This document shows, one piece after another, positions 1 to 8,346 of a stretch of DNA of 64,000 nucleotides. Origin of the DNA: a bacterium (GTDB lineage Bacteria; CG03); the NCBI GenBank assembly GCA_043825615.1, contig JBDRRS010000012.1, positions 1 through 64,000 on the forward strand. Reading direction: 5' to 3'. The notes under the pieces were generated by a model, which did not search any database, was not told the origin of the DNA, and worked only from the letters and a program-made list of their open reading frames with translations. The stretch's first letter is position 1; each line of letters opens with the position of its first letter. The translations under genes were made by a program, and so were the position numbers.

Positions 1-50
1 CTGCGTTCGGGACGCAGAGGTCGGCGGTTCAAGTCCGCCCACCCCGACCA
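1..50 (+). tRNA. 3' portion of a tRNA-Pro(CGG) copy (anticodon stem to CCA), cut by the window edge; inverted relative to the complete copy at 1854-1930
   Basis: Bases 1-50 are identical to the 3' 50 nt of the complete tRNA at 1854-1930 (anticodon stem CTGCG/CGCAG, loop TTCGGGA, T-arm GGCGGTTCAAGTCCGCC, acceptor CACCCCGACCA). Confidence 0.6.
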
Positions 51-203
51 TTTCAAACTTGTTGCGCGATTTTCAAAAAAATTCGGTGAGCGGAGCTCAC
101 CGTTCTTTTCGGAATTTCCGGAATCCCCCTCTGAAGAAAACAAAAAAGACCACGGCTTTTCTAAATCCAGAAGAAAGGTTTTGTCCAGCAGGCGGCGGTT
201 CGT
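1..203. repeat. Left arm of a ~203-bp inverted repeat (tRNA-Pro 3' part plus ~150 bp of downstream flank with a terminator-like hairpin); it may continue left of the window
   Basis: The reverse complement of 1-203 matches 1701-1903 with only about three mismatches (position p pairs with 1904-p). Confidence 0.85.
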
Positions 204-1567
204 TCCGATTTTTTTAACAAAAGATTTTATTTCGGGTAAATCTTTTGACAAAGCAAGTTCTCCGGCGTGGTGAGCGTCGTTAATCCAGTTTCTCAATGGT
301 TCGATCCAATTGTTCCCCTTACGCCCAAAATTTGTTTTTTTCTGTAGTAGTTCCACTTTTGTCTTTATCAGTTCATCTTTCTTTTGAAGGTAAATGTCTT
401 TTTCAATAATGCCATCAAGAAAGGCATTTACCAGCTTATCAAGTTTTTGTTCTGTGTCTTTTATTTTCTTTTTGAGATTTTGGGCGGAAGACTGCGAAGA
501 CTGGGCTCCTTCCTTTTCCCATATATCTACCTGCGCTAACATTTTTTCTTTCCAGTCTTCGCAAAGAGCGACTTTTGAAATCTTATCTCTTAATTGGTCG
601 GCAAGAGGTTCTTCCCTTAAATAACCTTGACTGCAAGGGCCAAGCCGTTTGGTACAGCGATAATAGCGGTATGTCCCGCCGTTGCCGTGGGCGTATTGCG
701 CGGTTATAGCGGCTCCGCATTCTCCGCATCTCATTAAACCTGTAAACGGGAAATCATGACCTTTTTTACTTTTTCTCGGCTTGGCTCTTTCTTTTAATAT
801 TTGCTGAACTTTTTCAAAAGTCGCTCCGGAAATAATTGCCGGAAAACAGCCCTCATAACTTTCACCATTCTGAACAATGATTCCAAGATAAACTTTATTC
901 GTAAGCATTAGCTTTAGAGTGGCCTTGCAGAGCGGTTTTCCGGTTTTGCTCTCCACGCCCCAAAAACTCAGGCGGTTGCTCAAACTTTTTAAAGTGTGTT
1001 TCCCCTGAGAAAATTCGTCAAAAGCTTTCTTGATGGCTCTCGCCTTAAAAGAATCCGGCTCAATATTTCTTGTCTTCGGATTATTAACATAACCCAGAGG
1101 GGCGAGAGTCGGCCATTCTCCCCGCCTGAGTTTTTGTCGCATCCCGCGCTTTACATTCTGTGAAAGGTTATCAGAATAGTATTTGCTCTGACCAAAGGCG
1201 ACCTGGAGCATAAAAAGCCCTTGCGGTGTCGGTTCAAACCAGAAAGTAGGAAATCGCAAAGAAGCAATATTTTCTGTATCAATTAAATAAATTATCTGAC
1301 CGCCGTCTATTGAGTTTCTTGCCAGGCGGTCGGGATGCCATGCTAATAATCCGATTGCTTCTTTGCTCTGCTTGATTTTATCAATCATCCGATTGAAAAT
1401 TTCTCTGCCGGGCTTTTTTGCGCTCTTGCTTTCAATAAATTCCTCTAATATCTCAATTTTTTCTTTTTCAGCATATTCTCGAAGTTCGGCAATTTGAGCT
1501 TCAATAGACATTATTTGCCGTTCTTCGTCCTCAGTAGATTTACGGGCATAAAGAAAAAATTTAGTTT
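1..1567 (-). CDS. Large serine recombinase (resolvase catalytic domain, recombinase domain, zinc ribbon, coiled coil). The ORF has no stop codon inside the window and reads through the inverted-repeat arm into the tRNA fragment.
   Basis: Manual translation from the ATG at 1567: MKTKFFLYARKSTEDEERQIMSIEAQ...WHPDRLARN...CGECG...YRYYRC...coiled-coil KKKIKDTEQKLDKLVNAF. An SD-like AGGAGG lies upstream. The six-frame track does not list it because the ORF runs off the window edge. Confidence 0.85.
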
Positions 1568-1700
1568 TCATAAAAATAACCTCCTGGGTCGCCTTTGGTT
1601 AAAGTGCGGGATTCAAAAATAAACTTGCTTTGTATTTCGCTTTTAGCGAAAGTTAAAAAAACAGGAGACAAAAACTTTTTTTGTAGGGAGCTTAGCGACG

Positions 1701-1903
1701 ACGAACCGCCGCTTGCTGGACAAAACCTTTCTTTTGGATTTAGAAAAGCCGTGGTCTTTTTTGTTTTCTTCAGAGGGGGATTCCGGAAATTCCGAAAAGA
1801 ACGGTGAGCATCGCTCACCGAATTTTTTTGAAAATCGCGCAACAAGTTTGAAATGGTCGGGGTGGGCGGACTTGAACCGCCGACCTCTGCGTCCCGAACG
1901 CAG
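1701..1903. repeat. Right arm of the ~203-bp inverted repeat
   Basis: Near-identical reverse complement of 1-203. It includes the hairpin GGTGAGC-atc-GCTCACC followed by a T-run, which is the terminator of the tRNA. Confidence 0.85.
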
Positions 1904-1930
1904 CGCCCTAGCCAACTGGGCCACACCCCG
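1854..1930 (-). tRNA. tRNA-Pro (anticodon CGG), 77 nt with encoded CCA
   Basis: Cloverleaf folded by hand: acceptor CGGGGTG/CACCCCG, D-arm GCCC-AGTTGGCTA-GGGC, anticodon arm CTGCG-TTCGGGA-CGCAG, variable AGGTC, T-arm GGCGG-TTCAAGT-CCGCC, then A-CCA. Confidence 0.85.
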
Positions 1931-1960
1931 TCGTTTTATTCGTTTTAATAAACTAATAAT

Positions 1961-2038
1961 AACCGCCGACCTCCCGCCCTTGGCGTCTTCGTCCGCCTGC
2001 GGCGGGGCGGACACCCTAGCCAACTGGGCCACACCCCG
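1961..2038 (-). repeat. tRNA-Pro-derived pseudo-tRNA repeat, copy A. It carries the tRNA 5' 26 nt, a 41-nt GC-rich hairpin insert in place of the anticodon arm, and the variable region plus T-stem 5' strand, and lacks the 3' half.
   Basis: It shares CGGGGTGTGGCCCAGTTGGCTAGGG and AGGTCGGCGGTT with the real tRNA, and has the internal hairpin GTCCGCC-CCGCCGCAG-GCGGAC. It is about 94% identical to copy B. Confidence 0.7.
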
Positions 2039-2039
2039 T

Positions 2040-2282
2040 CTATTTGGATAAAATATTTTTCAAAAATTTGCGGCCTAAACCGCTTTTGAAAAACCTTTCT
2101 CTTTTCATCGCTGTCGCTCGCGACAAAAACTTTTCATAATATACTATTTTCCAGAGTCCCCGTATACCGGCATAATGTCTTTTTTCATTATTATGTTCAA
2201 ACAATCTTCTTTCCAAATTATTCGTATGTCCGTAATAATATTTCCCGCTGTTCTCGCTTTTTAAAACATAAGCAAAATACAT
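2040..2282 (-). CDS. Small GIY-YIG (URI-domain) endonuclease family protein
   Basis: 80 aa with YVLKSENSGKYYYGHTNNLERRLFEHN, i.e. the GIY..YIG, Arg, Glu and Asn catalytic core. Confidence 0.75.
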   Translation of the reverse strand: MYFAYVLKSENSGKYYYGHTNNLERRLFEHNNEKRHYAGIRGLWKIVYYEKFLSRATAMKRERFFKSGLGRKFLKNILSK

Positions 2283-2287
2283 TTAAT

Positions 2288-2365
2288 AACCGCCGACCTT
2301 CCGCCCGAGGCGTCTTCGTCCGCCTGCGGCGGGGCGGACGCCCTAGCCAACTGGGCCACACCCCG
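2288..2365 (-). repeat. tRNA-Pro-derived pseudo-tRNA repeat, copy B, a direct repeat of copy A
   Basis: 78 bp with the same architecture as 1961-2038 and 4-5 substitutions; it sits immediately upstream of the GIY-YIG start codon. Confidence 0.7.
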
Positions 2366-2404
2366 AAAGAAGTATTAAATATCAAAAAAAAGAGTTTTAT
2401 TCAA

Positions 2405-2755
2405 TTATTTGGAAAGTATTTTGAAGATGGAATCAAGTTCCTTCTTTGCCTTTTTAAGCATATCTATCGCCACAGGATTCTGTTCTATCGGAAGTTGTAT
2501 CTGCTTGTCGCTGGTTTTCGATTTCAGGAGTTCTTTCTTTGCGCCGGCAATCGTAAACTTCTTTTTGTAAAGAAGGTCCTTTATTTCTTCTATCAGGTGT
2601 ATGTGCGACACCGTATATCTTCTCTGGCCGGACTCCCTTCTGATGGGCCGGAGCATCCTGAATTCCTTCTCCCAGTAGCGCAGAACATGCGGAGGAACTT
2701 TCGTCATGCCGCTCGTTTCTTTAATCGTAAAAAATTTCTTGCCTGGAATAAGCAT
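2405..2755 (-). CDS. MerR-family transcriptional regulator
   Basis: N-terminal HTH FTIKETSGMTKVPPHVLRYWEKEF is typical of MerR; 116 aa; translationally coupled to the upstream HU/IHF gene. Confidence 0.8.
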   Translation of the reverse strand: MLIPGKKFFTIKETSGMTKVPPHVLRYWEKEFRMLRPIRRESGQRRYTVSHIHLIEEIKDLLYKKKFTIAGAKKELLKSKTSDKQIQLPIEQNPVAIDMLKKAKKELDSIFKILSK

Positions 2756-3015
2756 TATTTAAACACCTTCGGAGACATAATGAATTTTACCACATTATGC
2801 GGGGGGACGTAAACCTTCTCGCCGGTTTTGGGATTCCTCGCCTCGTACGGTTTCTTCAGACGAACATGAAAGGAGCCGAAATTCTGGACAACAACCTTCT
2901 CCTTTCTCCTGAGCGCCAGCGTAATTTCTTCAAAAACCCTGTTCACGGCGTCCTTCGCTTCGCTTTTCGCGCAGGTCACATTACTTACCGCCTCTATCAA
3001 ATCAATCTTGTTCAT
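2755..3015 (-). CDS. HU/IHF-family DNA-binding protein (integration host factor-like)
   Basis: 86 aa with LIEAV..., RRKEKVVVQNFGSFHVR... and ARNPKTGEKV, the bacterial histone-like fold. Confidence 0.85.
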   Translation of the reverse strand: MNKIDLIEAVSNVTCAKSEAKDAVNRVFEEITLALRRKEKVVVQNFGSFHVRLKKPYEARNPKTGEKVYVPPHNVVKFIMSPKVFK

Positions 3016-3195
3016 CCGTCTCCTCCATTATACTTACTCGCCCGCTTATAATTCCCGGCTGCTTGACTCAATAGGGGGGATTCTCCCCCCTGATTGTGCT
3101 CCTCACGCGCTTACCAGCGCATTCGTCGCTTGTCACCCCCCATATGGTAAAAACTTTGTAGCTTTGCACGACCATACACGCCTCGAAAATCGCGC

Positions 3196-4194
3196 TTACA
3201 ACTTTTCATCCTCTTTTCTCACCGGTCTTAACATCAGGTTTTTTACCGCTTTCGCCGGAGACCGCCCTTTGTACAGAACCGCGTAAACCTCATCCGTTAT
3301 GGGCGCTGAAATTTTATTAGACGCCGTCAGCTGCCGGAGCGCTTTTACCGTTTCAGCTCCTTCCGCCGTTGTTTTTACTTTTTTCTTCGCCTCCGCAAGA
3401 TTTAACCCCCTGCCTATCGCCTCGCCGAGGTTCCTGTTCCTGCTGTATTTTGAAAAACACGTTACCATCAGATCGCCGAGCCCCGACAGACCGCAGAAAG
3501 TCGCAGGTCTCCCGCCGAGGGAAACCCCTATTCTCGTCATTTCCACAAGGCCCCTTGTAACAAGAGCCGACTTGGCATTCGCTCCGAGGCCGAGACCGTC
3601 GCTTAAACCCGCGGCGATTGCCATAACGTTTTTAACCGCGCCTCCAAGAGCAACGCCTCGGATATCCGTATGAACGTACGGCCTCAGAAATGACCTTTTA
3701 AAAAGGCGCTGGAGTTTCTCCGCAAGACGGATATTCCTTGAAGCGATTACAACGCTCGTCGGAAGGCGCCGGCTCAATTCTTCAGCATGCGACGGGCCCG
3801 ATAAAACAGCGACGGGAAAATTTGCGCCGAGCTCCTCGCTGCAAACCACATCCATACTTTTCAGAGTGGAAATTTCAATGCCCTTGCTCAGGACAAGAAC
3901 GGGTATTTTAAAACGTTTTATATCCCCTGCAATTTTGCGAAGCGTCGCCCTCACGCTCTGCGAAGAAATCGCCACAACAACAAGCCCTGTCCCGGGAGAA
4001 ATTTTCAACTCGTCGGTTATTCTGACGTTCTTCAATCTGGCATACGGAAAAAAGGGGGGATGCCTGTATTTTTTCAGATACCTGTATTTTTTCCTGTCCC
4101 ACTCCCATACCGTGACGGATGCTTTTTCACTTAAAACTTCTCCCACGGTTCCGCCCCAGCAACCGCCGCCAAGAATAAAGATATTACCGTACAT
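3196..4194 (-). CDS. gpsA: NAD(P)H-dependent glycerol-3-phosphate dehydrogenase
   Basis: 332 aa with an N-terminal Rossmann motif ILGGGCWG and the GpsA core ...GVALGGAVKNVMAIAAG... Confidence 0.9.
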   Translation of the reverse strand: MYGNIFILGGGCWGGTVGEVLSEKASVTVWEWDRKKYRYLKKYRHPPFFPYARLKNVRITDELKISPGTGLVVVAISSQSVRATLRKIAGDIKRFKIPVLVLSKGIEISTLKSMDVVCSEELGANFPVAVLSGPSHAEELSRRLPTSVVIASRNIRLAEKLQRLFKRSFLRPYVHTDIRGVALGGAVKNVMAIAAGLSDGLGLGANAKSALVTRGLVEMTRIGVSLGGRPATFCGLSGLGDLMVTCFSKYSRNRNLGEAIGRGLNLAEAKKKVKTTAEGAETVKALRQLTASNKISAPITDEVYAVLYKGRSPAKAVKNLMLRPVRKEDEKL

Positions 4195-4244
4195 AATTTT
4201 ATAACTTTGATATTTTACTTTAACTCTGTGTTTTTGTCAAAGGA

Positions 4245-4280
4245 GCAAAATAATAATTTGCGGTCCGCCTGAGGCGGATG
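4245..4280 (-). terminator. Putative rho-independent terminator after the SPFH gene
   Basis: On the minus strand the hairpin TCCGCC-tca-GGCGGA is followed by a T-rich tract (ccgcaaattattatttt). Confidence 0.4.
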
Positions 4281-4301
4281 AGAACTTCCCCTTCTGCCTG
4301 T

Positions 4302-5057
4302 TTATTTTTGTTCTTTTTTATTTTCCATAAACGCCTTGAACAGGTCAATCGGAATCGGGAATACCGTCACGGAATTGTTCTCGGTTGCGATTTCCGTAAG
4401 CGTTTGAAGATACCGCAGCTGCACAGCGACCGGGCTCTGGCTCATTATTTTCGCAGCGTCGGTAATCTTTTGCGCCGCCTGAAATTCTCCTTCGGCGTGT
4501 ATGACTTTCGCGCGGCGGTCCCTTTCCGCTTCCGCCTGGCGGGCAATGGCTCTCTGCATATCCGCGGGGATTTGAACATCCTTTATTTCAACTCTTGAGA
4601 CCTTGATTCCCCACGGGTCCGTCGCCTGGTCTATAATCCTCTGAAGTTCCGAATTTATCTTATCCCTCTTGGAAAGCACCTCGTCAAACGAGACCTGCCC
4701 CACGACGCTGCGGAGGGTTGTCTGCGAAATCTGGCTGGTCGCCATGATGAAGTCCTCTATTTCCACAACGGCCTTCTCCGGATCCATAACCCTGAAATAG
4801 CAGACGGCATTTACCTTAACCGGCACGTTATCCATGGTGATAACTTCCTGCGAGGGCACATCCAGCGTAACAGTCCTCAAATCTATCTTAACCCATTTTT
4901 CAAGGAAAGGGATTATAAAAAAAAGACCCGGGCCGCGGGCGCCGACAAGACGTCCCAGACGGAAAACCACGCCTCTTTCATACTCCTTGGCGATTTTTAC
5001 CGCGTTCATCAGAAAAATTACAACGAGAATAATCAGCAGATACATAAATCCTCCCAT
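4302..5057 (-). CDS. SPFH/band-7 (stomatin/prohibitin-like) membrane protein
   Basis: N-terminal TM helix, then the conserved band-7 domain ([12 protein letters not shown] ... coiled-coil AERDRRAKV). Confidence 0.85.
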   Translation of the reverse strand: MGGFMYLLIILVVIFLMNAVKIAKEYERGVVFRLGRLVGARGPGLFFIIPFLEKWVKIDLRTVTLDVPSQEVITMDNVPVKVNAVCYFRVMDPEKAVVEIEDFIMATSQISQTTLRSVVGQVSFDEVLSKRDKINSELQRIIDQATDPWGIKVSRVEIKDVQIPADMQRAIARQAEAERDRRAKVIHAEGEFQAAQKITDAAKIMSQSPVAVQLRYLQTLTEIATENNSVTVFPIPIDLFKAFMENKKEQK

Positions 5058-5086
5058 TCACGGTTACAACCGCGTTTATACCAACC

Positions 5087-6463
5087 TTATGTTTTTCTCT
5101 GGATTTTCACCCTGAGTGTCGCTGGGAACTTTGCCTTGAGAATTTCTTCCGCTTTTTTCGCCGAGGCAATTGCCCTCGCTTTAACGAGAGGGTCGTAATC
5201 CTCAATCAGCGTTTCCAGAAAGTTCATCACCGAAATATCGGCAATCTCTCCCGCCGCCCAGGCGGCGGAAATGCGGTCCCATTTATTTTCCGACTGTACC
5301 ATTTCTTTCAACGTATTTTCCGAGGCGACGGCGTCGAACCTGAACATTTCAACCGCGGCATCCGCCCTGACCCTGTTGTTTTTATCTTTTAAAAACGGCG
5401 CAATAAGGCGCGCGGCGAGCGCGGGGTTGTTTACCGCCCTGGCAATTGAAACGACGCTTTTGGCGCGGGCGCGGTTGGCCGAAGAAATATCGGTTATAAC
5501 ACTCCGGGAAACCGCGCTTTCGAATTCCACATTCTCCGTCGAAGCAGATGCGCCTTTCACGCTTTTTTCCACAACGCTTATCAGATTTTCCGCCTGCTTC
5601 ATCAAATTCTCTTCCAGCGGATGCGAGCGGTTCGCCGCAATCTTCTCAAGCAGTTCCGCGTTCGCGCTTTTCAAGTCATCAAGAGAGGCGCCGACATCGC
5701 CCTTCGCCGCAAGTTCGTGAATAAGTTCTGCCGTCCTGTCGGAACTCCTGGAAAATTCTTCTCTTAGCCGCAGACTTATATTTGAAACGACCCTTGACGA
5801 TATCAGAAAACTCGCCGCAACAACGATAAAAACTGCGATTGAAAAAAAGATAAGCCATCTGGTCGCGATTATGTGCGTCTGCTGTCTTAATATTTCTATT
5901 TCCTCTTTTCTTTCCCCCAGGTCTTTCTTCGTTTTTTCTATTTCCCCGCGCATTGACTTTTCCCTTTCCTCCCTGATTCTCGTTTCTTCCGCAAGGCGCT
6001 GGTTGCTTTCTGCACGCAGTTTTTCCCGCGCGAGTTCTTCTTCCCTTTCCCTTTTTGCCGCATAGGCTCGTCTTTTCTGCTCTTCAATTTTTACGTCGTC
6101 CCTTTTCTCTATATCTTTTGTTATGCTTGCCTGCGCGTCTCTTGCTTCTTTCAGTTCCGGCGTGTATTTCAGCGCCTCTTCCGCCACACTCAGCGCGCCG
6201 TCGAGGTCGCCGGCCGCATGGCTGTCCTTGGCAAGAGACGTCAACGCCCTGCCGAGAAGCCCTATCGCCTTTAAATTACCGGGGTCTTTTTTAACGACCT
6301 CTTTCAAATCGGCCGCAGCTCCTGCCCAGTCATGCGCAAGATATTTTTCCGCCGCCTGGTCGAACAGTTTTTCCACTTCAGGCGGCTGAGCAAACAGAGT
6401 GAAGAGTGAAGAGTGAAGAGTGAAGAATAAGAAAGAGAAAAACAGGAACTTATATTTTTTCAT
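5087..6463 (-). CDS. Hypothetical secreted or membrane protein with a signal peptide, TPR-like N-terminus, long coiled coil, one TM helix and C-terminal HEAT-like repeats
   Basis: 458 aa. The N-terminus is hydrophobic, the middle is a charged coiled coil, IIATRWLIFFSIAVFIVVAASFLI is a TM helix, and the C-terminus has PBS-lyase HEAT-like repeats. Confidence 0.55.
   Translation of the reverse strand: MKKYKFLFFSFLFFTLHSSLFTLFAQPPEVEKLFDQAAEKYLAHDWAGAAADLKEVVKKDPGNLKAIGLLGRALTSLAKDSHAAGDLDGALSVAEEALKYTPELKEARDAQASITKDIEKRDDVKIEEQKRRAYAAKREREEELAREKLRAESNQRLAEETRIREEREKSMRGEIEKTKKDLGERKEEIEILRQQTHIIATRWLIFFSIAVFIVVAASFLISSRVVSNISLRLREEFSRSSDRTAELIHELAAKGDVGASLDDLKSANAELLEKIAANRSHPLEENLMKQAENLISVVEKSVKGASASTENVEFESAVSRSVITDISSANRARAKSVVSIARAVNNPALAARLIAPFLKDKNNRVRADAAVEMFRFDAVASENTLKEMVQSENKWDRISAAWAAGEIADISVMNFLETLIEDYDPLVKARAIASAKKAEEILKAKFPATLRVKIQRKT
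6397..6424. repeat. Perfect heptanucleotide tandem repeat (GAGTGAA)x4, equal to (TTCACTC)x4 on the coding strand, inside the signal-peptide codons of the 5087-6463 gene
   Basis: Read directly from the sequence; the unit length is not a multiple of 3. Confidence 0.8.
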
Positions 6464-6752
6464 TTTCTATTTTCCATTTATTATTTACCTTTGTTATTTT
6501 CACGCCTTCCGATTTTAGCAATTTTATCTTTTCTTTAACACCCCTTGAATAACCGCCGATACAGCCGTCTTTCCTTATAACCCTGTGGCAGGGAATCAGC
6601 ACCGGCTTTTTATTTTTCCTCAGGGTGGCACCGACAGCGCGGTCGCTTCCCGCCCGGCCGATCCTTTCGGCAATTTCGGAATACGAACAAACGGAACCCC
6701 TCGGTATTTTTGAGACCTCTTTTAGAACCGAAAAATTAAATCCGCTTTTCAA
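6450..6752 (-). CDS. MGMT-family protein containing only the methylated-DNA-protein-cysteine methyltransferase DNA-binding domain
   Basis: 100 aa with the PCHRV active-site motif (IPCHRVI). Confidence 0.7.
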   Translation of the reverse strand: MKSGFNFSVLKEVSKIPRGSVCSYSEIAERIGRAGSDRAVGATLRKNKKPVLIPCHRVIRKDGCIGGYSRGVKEKIKLLKSEGVKITKVNNKWKIENEKI

Positions 6753-7465
6753 ACTTTGATAATCAGATTTATCATATATGTCAGAAAACCCACAAGCGAA
6801 GAAAAACCGAGAGAAAGTATGCCCCTGTAAAGAGGCTGCTGCTTCAAACCGGATAAACGCAGCAGGAAAAGAAACGGTATAAACAAAAAGAAAAAACCGC
6901 CCTGCATAACGAATATCACCACGAAAATTCTTTCCATAACTCCGTAACTTCTCTCAAACCGGTTCAGGGCTTCCTGTTCAATCTTATAAATACTTTTATC
7001 AAGATAGAACAGCAGCACGCAGCCGCCCCAGCCGGAAAGAACAATCGCCGAAAGAATGTTTATAAATTGCGGGTCGTTGTAATAAATAAGCCAGCCGGGC
7101 GGAAGAAACGTCCCCCAGTACTGCGCGTCACCGCTGAACTTGAAAAGAAGCGCCGCAAAAATAAATGCGTAGTGGAGTATCTGGTCAAGCAGAAAATATG
7201 TAATTTTGTCGTCTTCCGCTCTTTTCCACAGTTTTATCTTGGCCCTGTCCTGAACGCTGTGCACCGCAACCAGAATAACCACATAAGCCCAGAATGAACC
7301 GTCTTTCCAGCTTCCCGCAAAGAGTCCGACAATCACCAGAACGTGAATAAGAGAATGCAGCAGGCAGCCCAGGAAACTTTTCTTTTTTAGTTTGAAAATT
7401 AAATCAAACTGCAGGGGAAAATCGGCGATAAAATGAGCGAGGAAAAGCCGCGCTACAGCGCCCAT
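6749..7465 (-). CDS. Hypothetical polytopic membrane protein
   Basis: 238 aa with several hydrophobic helices; no motif recognised. Confidence 0.45.
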   Translation of the reverse strand: MGAVARLFLAHFIADFPLQFDLIFKLKKKSFLGCLLHSLIHVLVIVGLFAGSWKDGSFWAYVVILVAVHSVQDRAKIKLWKRAEDDKITYFLLDQILHYAFIFAALLFKFSGDAQYWGTFLPPGWLIYYNDPQFINILSAIVLSGWGGCVLLFYLDKSIYKIEQEALNRFERSYGVMERIFVVIFVMQGGFFFLFIPFLFLLRLSGLKQQPLYRGILSLGFSSLVGFLTYMINLIIKV

Positions 7466-8346
7466 TTCTTCTCCTCCAGACGATTTTTCATCATCTCCGC
7501 CTGCTTCATCCGCAAATTTGAAATAACGGGAGTTATCATATTACAGATGGTGCCGATAAGAACCCTGTCTTCCCAGGAAAATTCCGAACCGGACAGAATA
7601 CCGATAAAACCGATTAAGCCGTCTTCGTTTGTAAGAGTGTTCAGAAAACAGAAACCCTCTCCGAAATCGGAATTTTGCAGCGGCAGATGCTTTTCCGTTT
7701 TTAATCTTTTAATAATCTCCTGCTCCGAAGAGATTGGTTGCGTATTCTTAACGCTGCCGCATGTTTTTACGCACCCGTATTCATCGTTATACATATCATA
7801 GGAGTAGAAAAAAGAACCCGTTATGTTCAGGGAATTCGAGATATATTCAAGCACCACCCCCGAAAGTTCTTCCGTATCCCCGCACGCTCCTATCTGCAGG
7901 GCTATTTCATAAACCGTTGTAAAGTATCTGTCCATATTTCTCAAACGCGAGGACGAGACCGCAATTATTTTCATCAGAATGCCGAAGCTCTCCTCCGGTT
8001 TTTCGGACAGGAATCGTCTGAAGTCGTCACCGCTGATATCAAGAATTTCCGACTGCGTCATCGCAAAAGCGGTGGCGGAACGCGGAGCGTTCTCAAAAAG
8101 AGCCATTTCGCCGAATATGTCGCCTTTTCTCATTATTGCTATCGTTTTGCTGCCGGAAGAAATTTTTTTCCTTATGCCTATCCGGCCGTCAAGAAGAAAG
8201 TAGATATCTTTTGACTTCTCGCCTTCCTTGAAAATAACTTCCCCTTCCTTAACCTGCCTTATTCGGGATATTCTGCTTAGGTCGTTCATTTCAACGGCGC
8301 CGAGATGTTCAAACAGCTTTATGTCGGATATTTTCTTTAAGGACAT
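7453..8346 (-). CDS. Cyclic-nucleotide-binding domain protein with a C-terminal GAF-like domain
   Basis: The N-terminal cNMP-binding fold has ...FKEGE..IYFLLDGRIGI...GDIFGEMAL...; the C-terminal half is GAF-like. Confidence 0.6.
   Translation of the reverse strand: MSLKKISDIKLFEHLGAVEMNDLSRISRIRQVKEGEVIFKEGEKSKDIYFLLDGRIGIRKKISSGSKTIAIMRKGDIFGEMALFENAPRSATAFAMTQSEILDISGDDFRRFLSEKPEESFGILMKIIAVSSSRLRNMDRYFTTVYEIALQIGACGDTEELSGVVLEYISNSLNITGSFFYSYDMYNDEYGCVKTCGSVKNTQPISSEQEIIKRLKTEKHLPLQNSDFGEGFCFLNTLTNEDGLIGFIGILSGSEFSWEDRVLIGTICNMITPVISNLRMKQAEMMKNRLEEKKWAL

Noticed and set aside
394-624. 76-aa plus-strand ORF antisense to the serine recombinase gene
   Set aside because: It has no motif, is low-complexity and lies wholly inside a well-supported minus-strand CDS, so it is likely spurious.
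1561-2051. ORFs at 1561-1926(-), 1595-1807(+), 1643-2032(-) and 1713-2051(+) overlapping the inverted-repeat arm, the tRNA and pseudo-tRNA copy A
   Set aside because: They read across a tRNA gene, a terminator hairpin and a repeat. The 1713-2051 product merely mirrors the read-through tail of the recombinase because of the inverted repeat, so they are not independent genes.
3060-3140. GGGGGGATTCTCCCCCC palindrome upstream of the HU/IHF gene
   Set aside because: A short hairpin in a 5' leader is plausible as an attenuator or operator, but a single 6-bp GC stem is weak evidence on its own.
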